Origin: Balamuthia mandrillaris
Taxonomy: Eukaryota
Direction: 5' to 3'
Assembly: GCA_031835245.2 (NCBI GenBank)
Contig: JAVKOQ020000027.1
Span: 124,001-188,000 of the forward strand
Length of the DNA stretch: 64,000 nt
Made by a program: the position numbers and the translations under genes. The notes under the pieces are model-generated. The model was not told where the DNA came from and did not search any database. It saw nothing but the letters and a program-made list of their open reading frames with translations. This document shows positions 50,535 to 61,104 of the stretch, one piece after another. Within the stretch, counting starts at the first letter, position 1; each line of letters opens with the position of its first letter.

Positions 50535-52109
50535 ATGTCGAAACTCTTTACAGTGCTATCGGAGCCAACGCCGTTCATGGTGATTGAAGATTCGTTGGTG
50601 CATCCTGGCCAGTCGATGCTTCGGTACTTCCTTCGCAAATGGATCACAGCTAATCAACGGCACAAGTACGAGATTTTAATTATTATTAGACATATTTTTA
50701 GCTCAAATCTTCATTCCCACTTTCGATTAAACGTTCTATATTTTTTTGGTTCGTCTTTCGTCTGCTTGCTGGCAGCCATCTTTGGGTTCTTTCTTTCGAC
50801 TCCCCCAGCGAGGACTACAAGGCCCTGTTACGCAGGCACAAAACCATCGAGAAAGATTTTGTGCTGATTGATTGTTACAGCGACCCGCTTGGCTGGGAGC
50901 AACCATCCTCAGAGGATAAGCCGAATGCTGCCCCGTTTGCGCGATACTACCGCTCCACTTCTGCCTCTGCCGACCAGATTTTGGCGCTCTTGCGTCGTGT
51001 CCACAGCGAAAGTACTCTCTTCCCTCTCTTTTCCCTCTTCTCTCGTTCTCTTCTCCTCTCTTGCTTTCTCTTCTCTGCTTCTTTCTTTTTCTCTTCTCTG
51101 CTTCTCGCTCTCCTCACCGAAAGAAACAGCATCAACAGGAGAGCCAACGGCTGTCACTTTAGTGATTGACTCGCTCAACGCACTTCTCCTGAGAATTGGA
51201 GAGCACTCCACCTTTAGGCTGTTACACGCTTTGAAGCAACTTTGCGGTGCCACCAACACCAATCTTAGCATTAACGTTGCCAACTCTAACAACAACGACA
51301 ACAAAGGAACGATCACCGCTTTATTCCACTTGGATGCTGTCTCCTCTTCGTCTTCTTCCTCCATTTCGATTGTTCAAAGAGTGGAGCAAATGGCTTCCAC
51401 GATCTTTGCCATTCATCCTGATGATGAACGCGGCTCTCTTTTCGGTTCATCCTCATCGTCTTTTTCGTTCTCGCCGTTGAAGGCGTTTGGGCCGGCCTCC
51501 CGTCCTGCCTTTCAGGCCGGACAAGAACGAACTTGTTATATTCTGAACAAACGCGTTTCTGGTCGAGTTTCCAGAGAGGTATTAATAGTTCTCTTTGTGC
51601 TTCGTGTTGCTTGTATTTTCTTTTTTAAAACATGGTACATTCTTCTTGCTCATTTCTCTCATGTTTTCTTCTTGCAACAAGACACAACGGTATGTAGTTA
51701 ATGCGGATGGAGAGCTTTCGCTAGTCAAACAGAACAAGAACAGAGGAGCTCCCTCTTCTATCCCATCTATCACAAAGCAGGCGTCCAAACTCGCCACTAC
51801 AACAACAGCCAAAAAGGTCTCTCTCTCTCCCTCTCTCTCTCCCTCTCTCTCCCCCCGCATTTCTCGTCTCTCCTCTTTGCTCGCTGCTCTCCTAACTTTT
51901 CGTTCTGTAAAAAGGCGGATGATCCAACTAAAGATTTGACATTCAGTCTTTCTCGAACGAAAGAAGAGGAAGAGGCACGTCGTTCAGTAGTTCTTCCTTA
52001 CACACAAGTTGTGCAAGAACATGGCCGACAGGACACAAGCGGCGGCGACATTTACTTTGACGAAGAAGATGAGGACTTTGAGGATCCTGATGGAGATCTA
52101 GACATCTAA
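50535..52109 (+). CDS. ELP5: Elongator complex protein 5-like, multi-exon
   Basis: IDCYSDPLGW, LVIDSLNALLL, DPTKDLTFSLS...RRSVVLPY, acidic C-terminus DFEDPDGDLDI. Confidence 0.85.
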
Positions 52110-52110
52110 A

Positions 52111-52141
<31 letters not shown>

Positions 52142-52192
52142 AAATGAACAGTAACAAGACACATATTTAAAAGTACAAACGGTTTTCGGCCT

Positions 52193-53110
52193 TCAAGAAC
52201 GTTGACGATAGAACAGGAGGTAAGCTTGAGGAGAAACGATGTTGGAAGTGGAAACGACTGGTTGACTAGCTGTGTCGTTCAAGTAGTACCACTGCCCTTC
52301 GTCGCTATCAACTTTAACATGCGCAGTATAATGAGGCGTTCCTTGTTCTATTGTATGATTCTGTTTGTGAAGAGAAAGAATGAGCAGAGATAGAAGAAAA
52401 GAAGCCGAAAAGTTAAACGTACTGCAACGGCATAGGCGTCATAGAGAACAGAATTGGTTTTATTCACATCGTTGGAAGGAGAAGACGACGGGTGCTGTTG
52501 TAGGTTCAGGGAATGTAATGGAAAGTCAACCAGCGTATCCAGCTTGTCCTTTGCTGAACGCATCAAACCAGGAAAACGCTGTTATAACACGATTAGCGAG
52601 ATGAGCAAAAGCACAAGAAAGAAAGGAGACGGGAGAATTGTACTTTCAAGTGAACGATGAGGATTGGTGGGAGTTTCGAGATACGGGTTTGAAGGATGGC
52701 TCTTTGCTTCTTTTGGCAAGTGGGGCAGAACCACGCGTTCTCTTCGCTTAGCTGCTCTTCTTCGCTGAACTTGTTCAGGCAATCCTCTAAGCTTATCTTC
52801 TCCTCCTCGCGACACTGCACAACGCTTTCATGCTGGGCAACTTCCTGTATTATGGTGTTGTTTAGGCCTAAAACAAAAAATAAAGTTGCGATAACTTGCA
52901 CAAACCTGACCCATAAGAGCAACGAGACGAGGGACGATGGCAGCGTTCCAATCTATGGCTAAACAATCTCTGGCACCTAGGCTTAGAGGTTCTTTTTCAG
53001 AGTTTGGCATCAGTGTTCCTTCGTTCGTACATGCTCCGGTCACAACCTATTTCAAACATAACCAGAGAGAGAAGATCAGAGCGTAAAGAAAAATTAAATA
53101 ATTATTTCAT

Positions 53111-53158
<48 letters not shown>

Positions 53159-55137
53159 ATAAGCAAAAAAAAAAAATACCTTCAAACAAAAGATAGAGGA
53201 AACATCCAAATGTTCTGCATCTTTGGAACTGGACGTGACTTGTTTGACAATGAGTTCCTCCATCATACGATAGAGTTCTGCACAGCTCATTTGAGTTCTT
53301 GCTCGTCCATCGTCATCTGCACTGCGCAGCGTGACAACAAACGGATAACCAAACAGCTGCCATTTGCTATTGTTGGTTTTTCGTTCTGTTTGTTCGCTCT
53401 TCTCATCCTCTTTCTGCAGTCTGTGAACAACTCGCAGATGAGATGGAAGTGGTTTTATGACTGAAGATCGTACGGATGAAGAGGATGGTGGAGGAGGCGG
53501 GCCGCCTCCTGGTGATGGAGGAGGTGGTGCAGAAAGAGATGGAGGAGGAGGACCTGCCGGTGGAGGTATTGGAGGAGCAGAAGGAGAAGTAGGCGGTGGT
53601 TGTGGCGAAGAGGAAGATGATGATGAAGAAGGAGTAGGCGATACTGCTGGTGCAATGGTTGGAGTTGGAATAGGAGCCACCTCGAACCTTTTTTAAAACA
53701 ACGTTAACTATAAGTCAGAATCGAAGAAGGAAGGAGGAAGGAGGAGAGGAGGAAGGAGGAAGGAGGAAGGAGGAAGGAGGAAGGAGGAAGGAGGAAGGAG
53801 GAAGGAGGAAGGAGGAAGGAAGAGGAAGGAGGAAGGAGGAAGGAGGAAGGAGGAAGGAGGAAGGAGGAAGGAGGAAGGAGGAAGGAGGAAGGAGGAAGGA
53901 GGAAGGAGGAAGGAGGAAGGAGGAAGGAGGAAGGAGGAAGGAGGAAGGAGGAAGGAGGAAGGAGGAAGGAGGAAGGAGGAAGGAGGAAGGAGGAAGAAGA
54001 AAGAAGGAAGAAGGAAGAAGGAAGAAGGAAGAAGAACAAGAAAAAGAAGAAGAGAAGAAGAAGCAATTACGCAAAGAGCATATCGGAAGAAGGAATATCA
54101 GAGCACCGATGGTCCTCTGAAAGAATGCTCCACACACGATTGGACCGAACCTCCGCCAACAACAAGCGCTCCTCTGCTATTCCGCAAACCTCACTCAGCG
54201 CCTCTTTCATATCTTTTACGGTTCCCAACTTTGGCACCTATCAACCATTATTTTTATTAGAAGAGTAGAAAGCGATGAAGAGAAGAGAACGACGAAGAGA
54301 AGAGAACGGTGAAGAGAACGACGAAGAACGACGAAGAGAAAGAGAGAACGATGAAGAAAGAAGAAGAGATATAAGCAAGAGAAAAACCTGAATGCCAAAG
54401 GTGAGGAGGGAGGATGGCAAACAACCTCGCGAGAGCGTGGGCACCACCGTGACCTCCATCGCCCTCTGGAAGCGCGTGGGGATGGGGAGGCTCAACGTCA
54501 AAAACGGCTCAAAGCGTCGCCCGCCTTGCCGACACTGGGGGCAAACGGTGCTAGTCACCAACTGCCCATAAAACAGGTCCACGACGGGGCTCTCTCGCTC
54601 GCTCGCTCTGAACTTTTGCCACTCCCTCTCTGCCTCATCACCTACTTCTTCTTTGTCGCTGGTGAGAGTTGAGGCTGAAGGGAGAGGGACAAAGAGGGTT
54701 GGTTTGGTTTTGAGCTCCTCGTGAAGGCAGGCCAAGAGGGAGACGAGCAGCTCGGAGCAGTCCTGTTGGGCCTGCCCGGCGAACTGCGGGGCGATCTGGG
54801 TGGTGAGCAGCTGCACAAAGGGGGAGGGGTCCACCCACTTGCTTTGGTTCTTCTTGGTCTCCTCCTCCGCTTTAACTTCTTGTTCTTGAGTGCACGTATG
54901 AGGAGGAGGAAGAAGCAGAGCGGAGAGAAGCTCTTGGAGAGAACGAGCGAGAGGCAGTTGATCGTCGTCACCGTCGAAAGAGGAGGAGAGGAGGAGGTGG
55001 GAGAGAGGAGGGGTGTGGGCTAAGCATTGGACGATGCAGTTGATGAAACAGGTGTTGCCGAGGTTGGCCAACCCACGCAAGCCACAAGGGGAAGAAGGAG
55101 GACAAGAGGAGGCAGCATCGGCCCTAGAAGAAGCCAT
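52193..55137 (-). CDS. Ubiquitin-specific protease (peptidase C19, USP4/8/15-like)
   Basis: GLANLGNTCFINCIVQCL, QQDCSELL, LEDCLNKFSEEEQL..WFCPTC, KLPPILIVHLK, HYTA, WYYLND. Confidence 0.9.
53727..54030. repeat. (AGGAAGG)n heptamer array in USP intron
   Basis: Tandem repeat visible in sequence. Confidence 0.93.
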
Positions 55138-55259
55138 CCTCCTCCTCACTGCTACGCCGCACAAAATGAACGAGCACTGGTTGGTTTGCTCTTTGTTTTT
55201 TTTCCAACGAAAGAATTTTTCTGTTAATAGTTCCAAGAAAATATCAGAAACCAACGAAA

Positions 55260-55331
55260 TCCGCTGTGGTGTAGTTGGCAACATTGGTGGCTCTCACCCA
55301 CCCGCCCCGGGTTCGATTCCCGGCAGCGGAA
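55260..55331 (+). tRNA. tRNA-Glu (anticodon CTC)
   Basis: Acceptor stem TCCGCTG/CAGCGGA, anticodon arm GGTGG-CTCTCAC-CCACC, T-arm CCGGG-TTCGATT-CCCGG, downstream oligo-T. Confidence 0.95.
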
Positions 55332-55431
55332 TTCTCCTTTTTTATTTTTTCCGCAAACATTTTCTCTTTTTTTTCCAGGAAGAAATTTAGAGCTCTCTTT
55401 GGAGAAGAAGGAGAACATCCTTGGGGGTGGT

Positions 55432-58400
55432 ATGTGGCGCGTTGGGTGTGGCTTGTCTCGTGGGCCTTGTGCGGCCTCCCCGGCCGCTGTGCCACGCTGT
55501 GCCCACAACATAGCCTCGCCTGCTTTCCCCCTCTTCGTCAAACGATCGACCTCTACCACTAACCTTGGAAATGTGGCCGTGCGTTCCTCCTCGTCCAACC
55601 GGCTCGGAGGCGCTACATCTCCATCCCCATCTCCCACACCGAATCCTCGAAGGTTTCTGTGCTTCTCCGACCTCCACTTTCGAGCTCCTGCCCTCTCGCG
55701 CGCAGTCGAGGTCCTAGGGCGGGTTCGTGGTCTGGCATCGGGCTGGATGAGTCCGGGAGGGGGCCAGGCCGCCCCGAACCTGGCCACGGCAGGGAGCGAG
55801 GTCGTCTTCCTGGGCGACTTCTTTCACCATCGCAACGTGGTCATGGTGCCTCATATCGACATCCTCATGCGAGAGTTTCAGTTGTGGTATGAGCAGGGAG
55901 TACGCGCCGTCTTCATTCCAGGCAACCACGATCAGGTACGCCTCTCCCTCTCCCTCTCCCTCTCCCTCTCCCTCTCCCTCTCTCCCCTCCTCCCTACTAC
56001 TACTAGAGATCTTGCCTTGTAGTTTGGTGTTTGACGTATTTGAAGGTGTCTTTAGATGGGAAAGTGCATGCCCTTTCGCTCTTGTCCGCGTTTCCGAACA
56101 TACGTGTAGCTACCGAGCCGCTATTAGATAGAGAAGATCGTGTTGCATTTCTACCTTGGCGTGAAGAGGCAGAATCGCAAACTCGGTTATTTAAAGTATT
56201 CTCCTTCTCTCTCCTCTCCTCTATCTCCCTTCCTCCCTCCCCTTCTTCTCTCTTCCTTATATGTGCTGTTATCATGCAGATGTTACGTGAAGAGCAAGAG
56301 AAATGCGATCAGCGGCCGTGGACCATATTCGCGCATGCAGAGGTCGGGGGTTCTGTCAGCAATGGTGGCCACCTCGTAAAGGGTTTGAATCGTTGCTATC
56401 TACTGTGGGAAAGTGATTATGTATGCTAAACGTAGGGATGTACAAGGTAGGGTGAACCGCACTGATATCGAGGCTGTATCCCGCGCCTGCTATCTGGGCC
56501 ACTTCCACAAACGTCAACAGATCGGCGACAGGATATGGTATCTTGGGTCCCCTTTTCAACAGAACTTCGGGGAGGCAGGTCAACCCAAGGGTGTCGCCGT
56601 CATCTCTCTCGACCGTGTAGGTTTGTTTCTCCTGCTTGCACCTTCGCTGTATTTTACGCCTACTCAAATCATAACAGAACCTCAGTTTGTGGACTGGGAT
56701 GACATGCCCAGGCATCATATCATCAATTACACGCCTGACGACCTACAAGGCTTCTCTTCTCGAGCCTCCCACGTCCGCTCTGACGACTACGTAAAGGTGT
56801 TGGTATCTAGTGCACATGTAGGCAGCTCTCAGCTGGCCGAATGGCTCTCGGGCCTCTCTGGTGCTCATGTACAGTTGGCTGTGGACCCTACACTGCCCGA
56901 AGTTGCAGAAACCGCTGTCGAGATTCCCAGAGGCGCTATGACAGAGCAGTTATCAGGCAGCCTACTAAACGATATACTGCACCGCTATGTGGCGAAACAC
57001 ACAACTTCGGGCCGTGACGAAGAGGTATGCTGCTCCTGATGTACTGCGCAGAGCTTCGTAGTAACCCACTAAACCTTCTTCTGTAGCGACGGGAAATACT
57101 TCGACATGGTCTTGAGCTGCTCAGCTTGGTGCCTGATTCACAACGACAGATCGTACCGCTTGGAAAGGTGAAGGAGTCAGCCTACCAATGCCCATTTCTC
57201 CGCGTAAAAGCGTCATCGTTTGATCCCGACCGAACTCCAGCTTCAATTCGTTCGCTATTCCGCAAAATCCTGACACCGACACACTCGTGATATCGACTAC
57301 CTTTCCAAGCGGTACGATCTGTCGTTGTGAATCAGATGCACCATCCGTTCCTGCGTTCCGAGGGGTTGTCCGGCCTATAGGTGATAAAGTAAGCACAGAT
57401 GGTCGATAAGAGGAGCAGATGAGGTTGTCAACGATTATTGTACAGAAGCGATTGTAACGGTACGTGCATGTTTCTATTCATTTATCTCATAACCACTGAC
57501 TTAAAACAGGTAGAACTCCTTGTTGATGGTAATCCTATCACCATCAAACGTTTGAAAAAGCGAAAAGCGGGCGCCAAAGTGCTGATAACGGAAGGAGGCA
57601 CCAACAATTTTAGGCTACAGAACAGAATAAGCAGCGAAGATTCTCAGGATCTCATTCATTCGATCGGTACATCATATCTAATGTGAATGATTATAATCCC
57701 CTAAACAAGAATTATATAGTGGGCATGGACTATTCCCTGTTTCGAACGTGCGTGTTTTTGGGACAAGGAGAGGTGACTAATTTCGTCACGGATGCTGATA
57801 AGAAGCGCAAGGAGATGCTGGCGACCTTATTCGGGCTAAACGCTTGCACGCACGCCATGAAAATAGGTACGGCATATGTTTCGCCACTCCACTTCGCCAA
57901 GGCTCTTACATCTAGATACAATTATTCATCGGATGTAGCTCGAGACAATCGTAGAAGAAATGAGGAAAGTGTATATAAACTGGAAAAGGACATGGTAGCG
58001 CTTGACTCAGCATTGCGCACCTGGACTGCGCTTAATCCCAGCGAAGATGAGCGGCAATGGCACGAGACAACAAATGACAAACTGACGAAGCTTAAGATAG
58101 CTATCTCTGCGGAGGAGGCCAAGATGCAGCACGTCCTTGCCACTAGACGCAGTGAAGCTCAAGCCGCGTCTACAGACGATCCATCCGACCCAGGACGCGG
58201 ACAGTTGGAGGAGGAGGTCATATCATTGAACAAACAACTGCGAAAAGTGAGCGAGAGTTCTCTCATATCTTCGCTGAAAGTCAAGGTATGTGTCACTCCT
58301 CTGAATCCTATATTTCCACTCCCTCATCTGATTCCATCCCGATCTCCGCTCTTTCGCCTGCAACCCTGCACCTTCAATGTCTTGCAATGTTAAATCTCTT

Positions 58401-59580
58401 GTCAATCCTTGCATCTCATGCAGTTGGGAGAAACCCAGACGAATCAGTGGCAGGCTGGCAAACTGAGCCAGGATTTATTCAACCGGATCAATACATTGGA
58501 GCACGCTGCGGACAAGACTTGCTATACCTGTGGTCAACCACTTATGCCCGATAACAGCGACCGTATAATAGGTCAGCTCAAGACGCAACTCGAATCCGCC
58601 AACACAGAGGAGCGGCAACTGGAGCAACAGGTAGCAGCATTGAAATCGCAACTTGCCGATATGCATAAGCAACAGCAGACGGATATCGGACAGTTGGAAC
58701 TGCGCCTCAAGGAAGCCCAGAAGAAGCTTGCAGCGCTGCGCCAGCAACAGGAGCAGGAGCAGAAAATATCGATGCAGCTTGCACAGCTGAAAGCGCGGGT
58801 GGCAGAGCTAGAGACAGCCACCAATCCTCACCTCGAGAAGCGCGCTCAGCAAGCGCGGGAGATCGCGCGGCTCACGCGCGAGAAGAGCCAGAAGGAAGGC
58901 GAGCTCAACAGCGCACGATCTGAGTTAAAGAGGAACGCCTTCTGGGAGGATGGCTTCGGACACAAGGGCATGCACGTCACTGTGTTGGAGGAGGTGCTGC
59001 CCCAACTGCAGACCTATGCCAACCGCTATCTCTCGCGGTTGCTGAAGGGCAGGGTCCACTGCCGACTCGAGATGGAGGACGAGAAGCTCCTTCTTCGCTT
59101 CTTTGAGTACGACATCACTGCACAGCAAACCAGAGAAAGGTATCTCTTCTGGATTCTCTGTTCTCCCTCTCTTTTTCCCCTCTCCCTCGCGCAGGATATT
59201 GATCCCTGTCTCTGCAGATCCTTCAATCAGCTTTCACGAGGCCAACAGCGATGCGTAGAATTGGCCTTCTCTCCGTTCGCATTGAGCGAGTTGGTATTTG
59301 CTCGTACAGGGCTGCGTACACCGTTCCTCATTGTAGACGAACTCACTACTCACATGGGTATGTCGTTCCCGCCTCCTTCCCTCGTTCTACCTGACTGAAA
59401 AAATCCTCACCACCTTTGTAAGACGCTGAAACGAAGCCGGTGGTGTGCGATCTGCTGCGGGAATTGGGGAGAGAAAAGATTGTGGTGGTGGACCATGATC
59501 CGACTGTGCAAGGCCAATTCGACGCTGTGTTGGACATCGCCAAGCAAGATGGCACATTAACCGTCGCGCGCGGTTCTTGA
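55432..59580 (+). CDS. SbcD/Mre11 nuclease - SbcC/Rad50 ATPase fusion gene; internally rearranged at ~57133-57400 (possibly pseudogene)
   Basis: Metallophosphoesterase motifs SDLH, GDFFH, GNHD, AHAE, GHFH..QQ..YLGSPFQQNFGE; coiled coil with zinc hook CYTCGQPL; ABC signature LSRGQQ, Walker B LIVDELTTHMD, H-loop VVDHD. Confidence 0.85.
57133..57335. repeat. Perfect 37-bp inverted repeat (57133-57169 / 57299-57335) enclosing a 129-bp inverted coding segment
   Basis: CTGATTCACAACGACAGATCGTACCGCTTGGAAAGGT and its exact reverse complement. Confidence 0.95.
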
Positions 59581-59660
59581 GCTAAACAGAGGGAAATGGA
59601 AGAGCGGCTAAAGAAGTCAAAAAAAAAAGTGGGAAAAATTAATTGACAGCAAAAAGAGAA

Positions 59661-59732
59661 TTCCGCTGCCGGGAATCGAACCCGGGGCGGGTGGGTGAGA
59701 GCCACCAATGTTGCCAACTACACCACAGCGGA
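59661..59732 (-). tRNA. tRNA-Glu (anticodon CTC), identical to the 55260-55331 copy
   Basis: Exact reverse complement of the first copy; followed by oligo-T on the minus strand. Confidence 0.95.
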
Positions 59733-60452
59733 TTTCGTTGAAAAACGCCTCATTTTGTCCGGTATAATAATCAGTCTATCAGTGCCTTCCAACCATCCTC
59801 CAACCACAACGTGCCTCTTTTCCCTCTCTATCTCCGCAACTCCGTTGTCCATAGCGGCTCGCTCCTCGTCCTCTGGGTCCCTCGATTCTGCCTTGCAGAA
59901 TCACTGAGTTGGTGATGTCTGTGGTCTCATAGAGCGAGAGACGAGGACGTCCATGGGGACTTGCCGCATTCCGTACCTTGAGCGCTGTGACCAGTGTAGA
60001 CCACGGTTGTGGGTGAGGCTCTTTGTACCTCCTGTTTGATATGTTTTTCTCTTTCTTTGTTGATGGCGGCTAGGAGCCAACAACGCCTTAGAGAGGTGGT
60101 GAAGCGATTCATAGCTGACTTGGCTGATGGAGTACTCCCAGGGTTATTCAAGACTTCGCCTCTCCATCGCGGAGCATCGTACCGACGCGGTTCATTGAAG
60201 GTAAGGCCAATGTGTTTTGGCCTGTAGGTGCCTTTATTGCGTGAAATAAAGGCTCCCGAGGAGGGAGCGCGCTTCTATCAGCTTCTCTGTGTGGTGAGCG
60301 GGCCAGGGCTTGGCATAGTGGAGAGTGGAATTCGTTGTTGATTGATCGTTTGTTCAAGATGGTGATGCCTTTTATTCAGCAATTTTTTTTAAAGACATAT
60401 AATCGTTTATGAATTTTTTTTAAAGTTGTTGTTCTATTTGTTGACGCAAGCA

Positions 60453-60578
60453 CTATGAGCGAATGAAGAGGTAAGTACCGTTATTTGTGTTCATCATGTC
60501 GTTGGGGACGAGGTCCGTCAATTCTTGTATAAGATCTGAACCTACACGCTAATTGTGAGATCTCTTTTGCACTAAATA

Positions 60579-60624
<46 letters not shown>

Positions 60625-61049
60625 AGAAAGAAACCTTTTGTCGTAACAGAAGTATTCCAAAGGTTAAGCACTCGGAGAGATGACAGTTCGCCAAGATGAG
60701 AAAGGGCAGCATCTGTCATGGCAGGACAACCTATTTCTAGCACTTCAAGCCTGTCCAGTCTTAACTGAGCCAACGCGCACAATCCTTGTTTTTTATATTT
60801 TGAACGTCAATTGTAATAACGATAAACAAGAACAAGAACAACAAAAGAGAGATAGAGAATATATATAGAGAGAGAGAATGCCAGAAGGAGGAATACAGGA
60901 CAAACCTTCATCCGAGAATTTGACGCAACCGGTAGCCTTGAAGGATACCAAGTTTTGTAGAGCAGCAAGGTATGGCACCAACTTGTTGCTAACATGAGTA
61001 TAGGCTAATGCCAAGTGCCTCAAATGCGGCCAATGCTTCAATCCAGGTC

Positions 61050-61104
<55 letters not shown>

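Noticed and set aside
53727..54030. Regular repeat considered as a CRISPR or telomeric array
   Set aside because: Simple heptamer with no spacers; intronic; not TTAGGG-like
55224..55787. ORFs overlapping the tRNA genes (also 59346-59907)
   Set aside because: Translations of tRNA sequence or antisense to the SbcCD gene; no coding support
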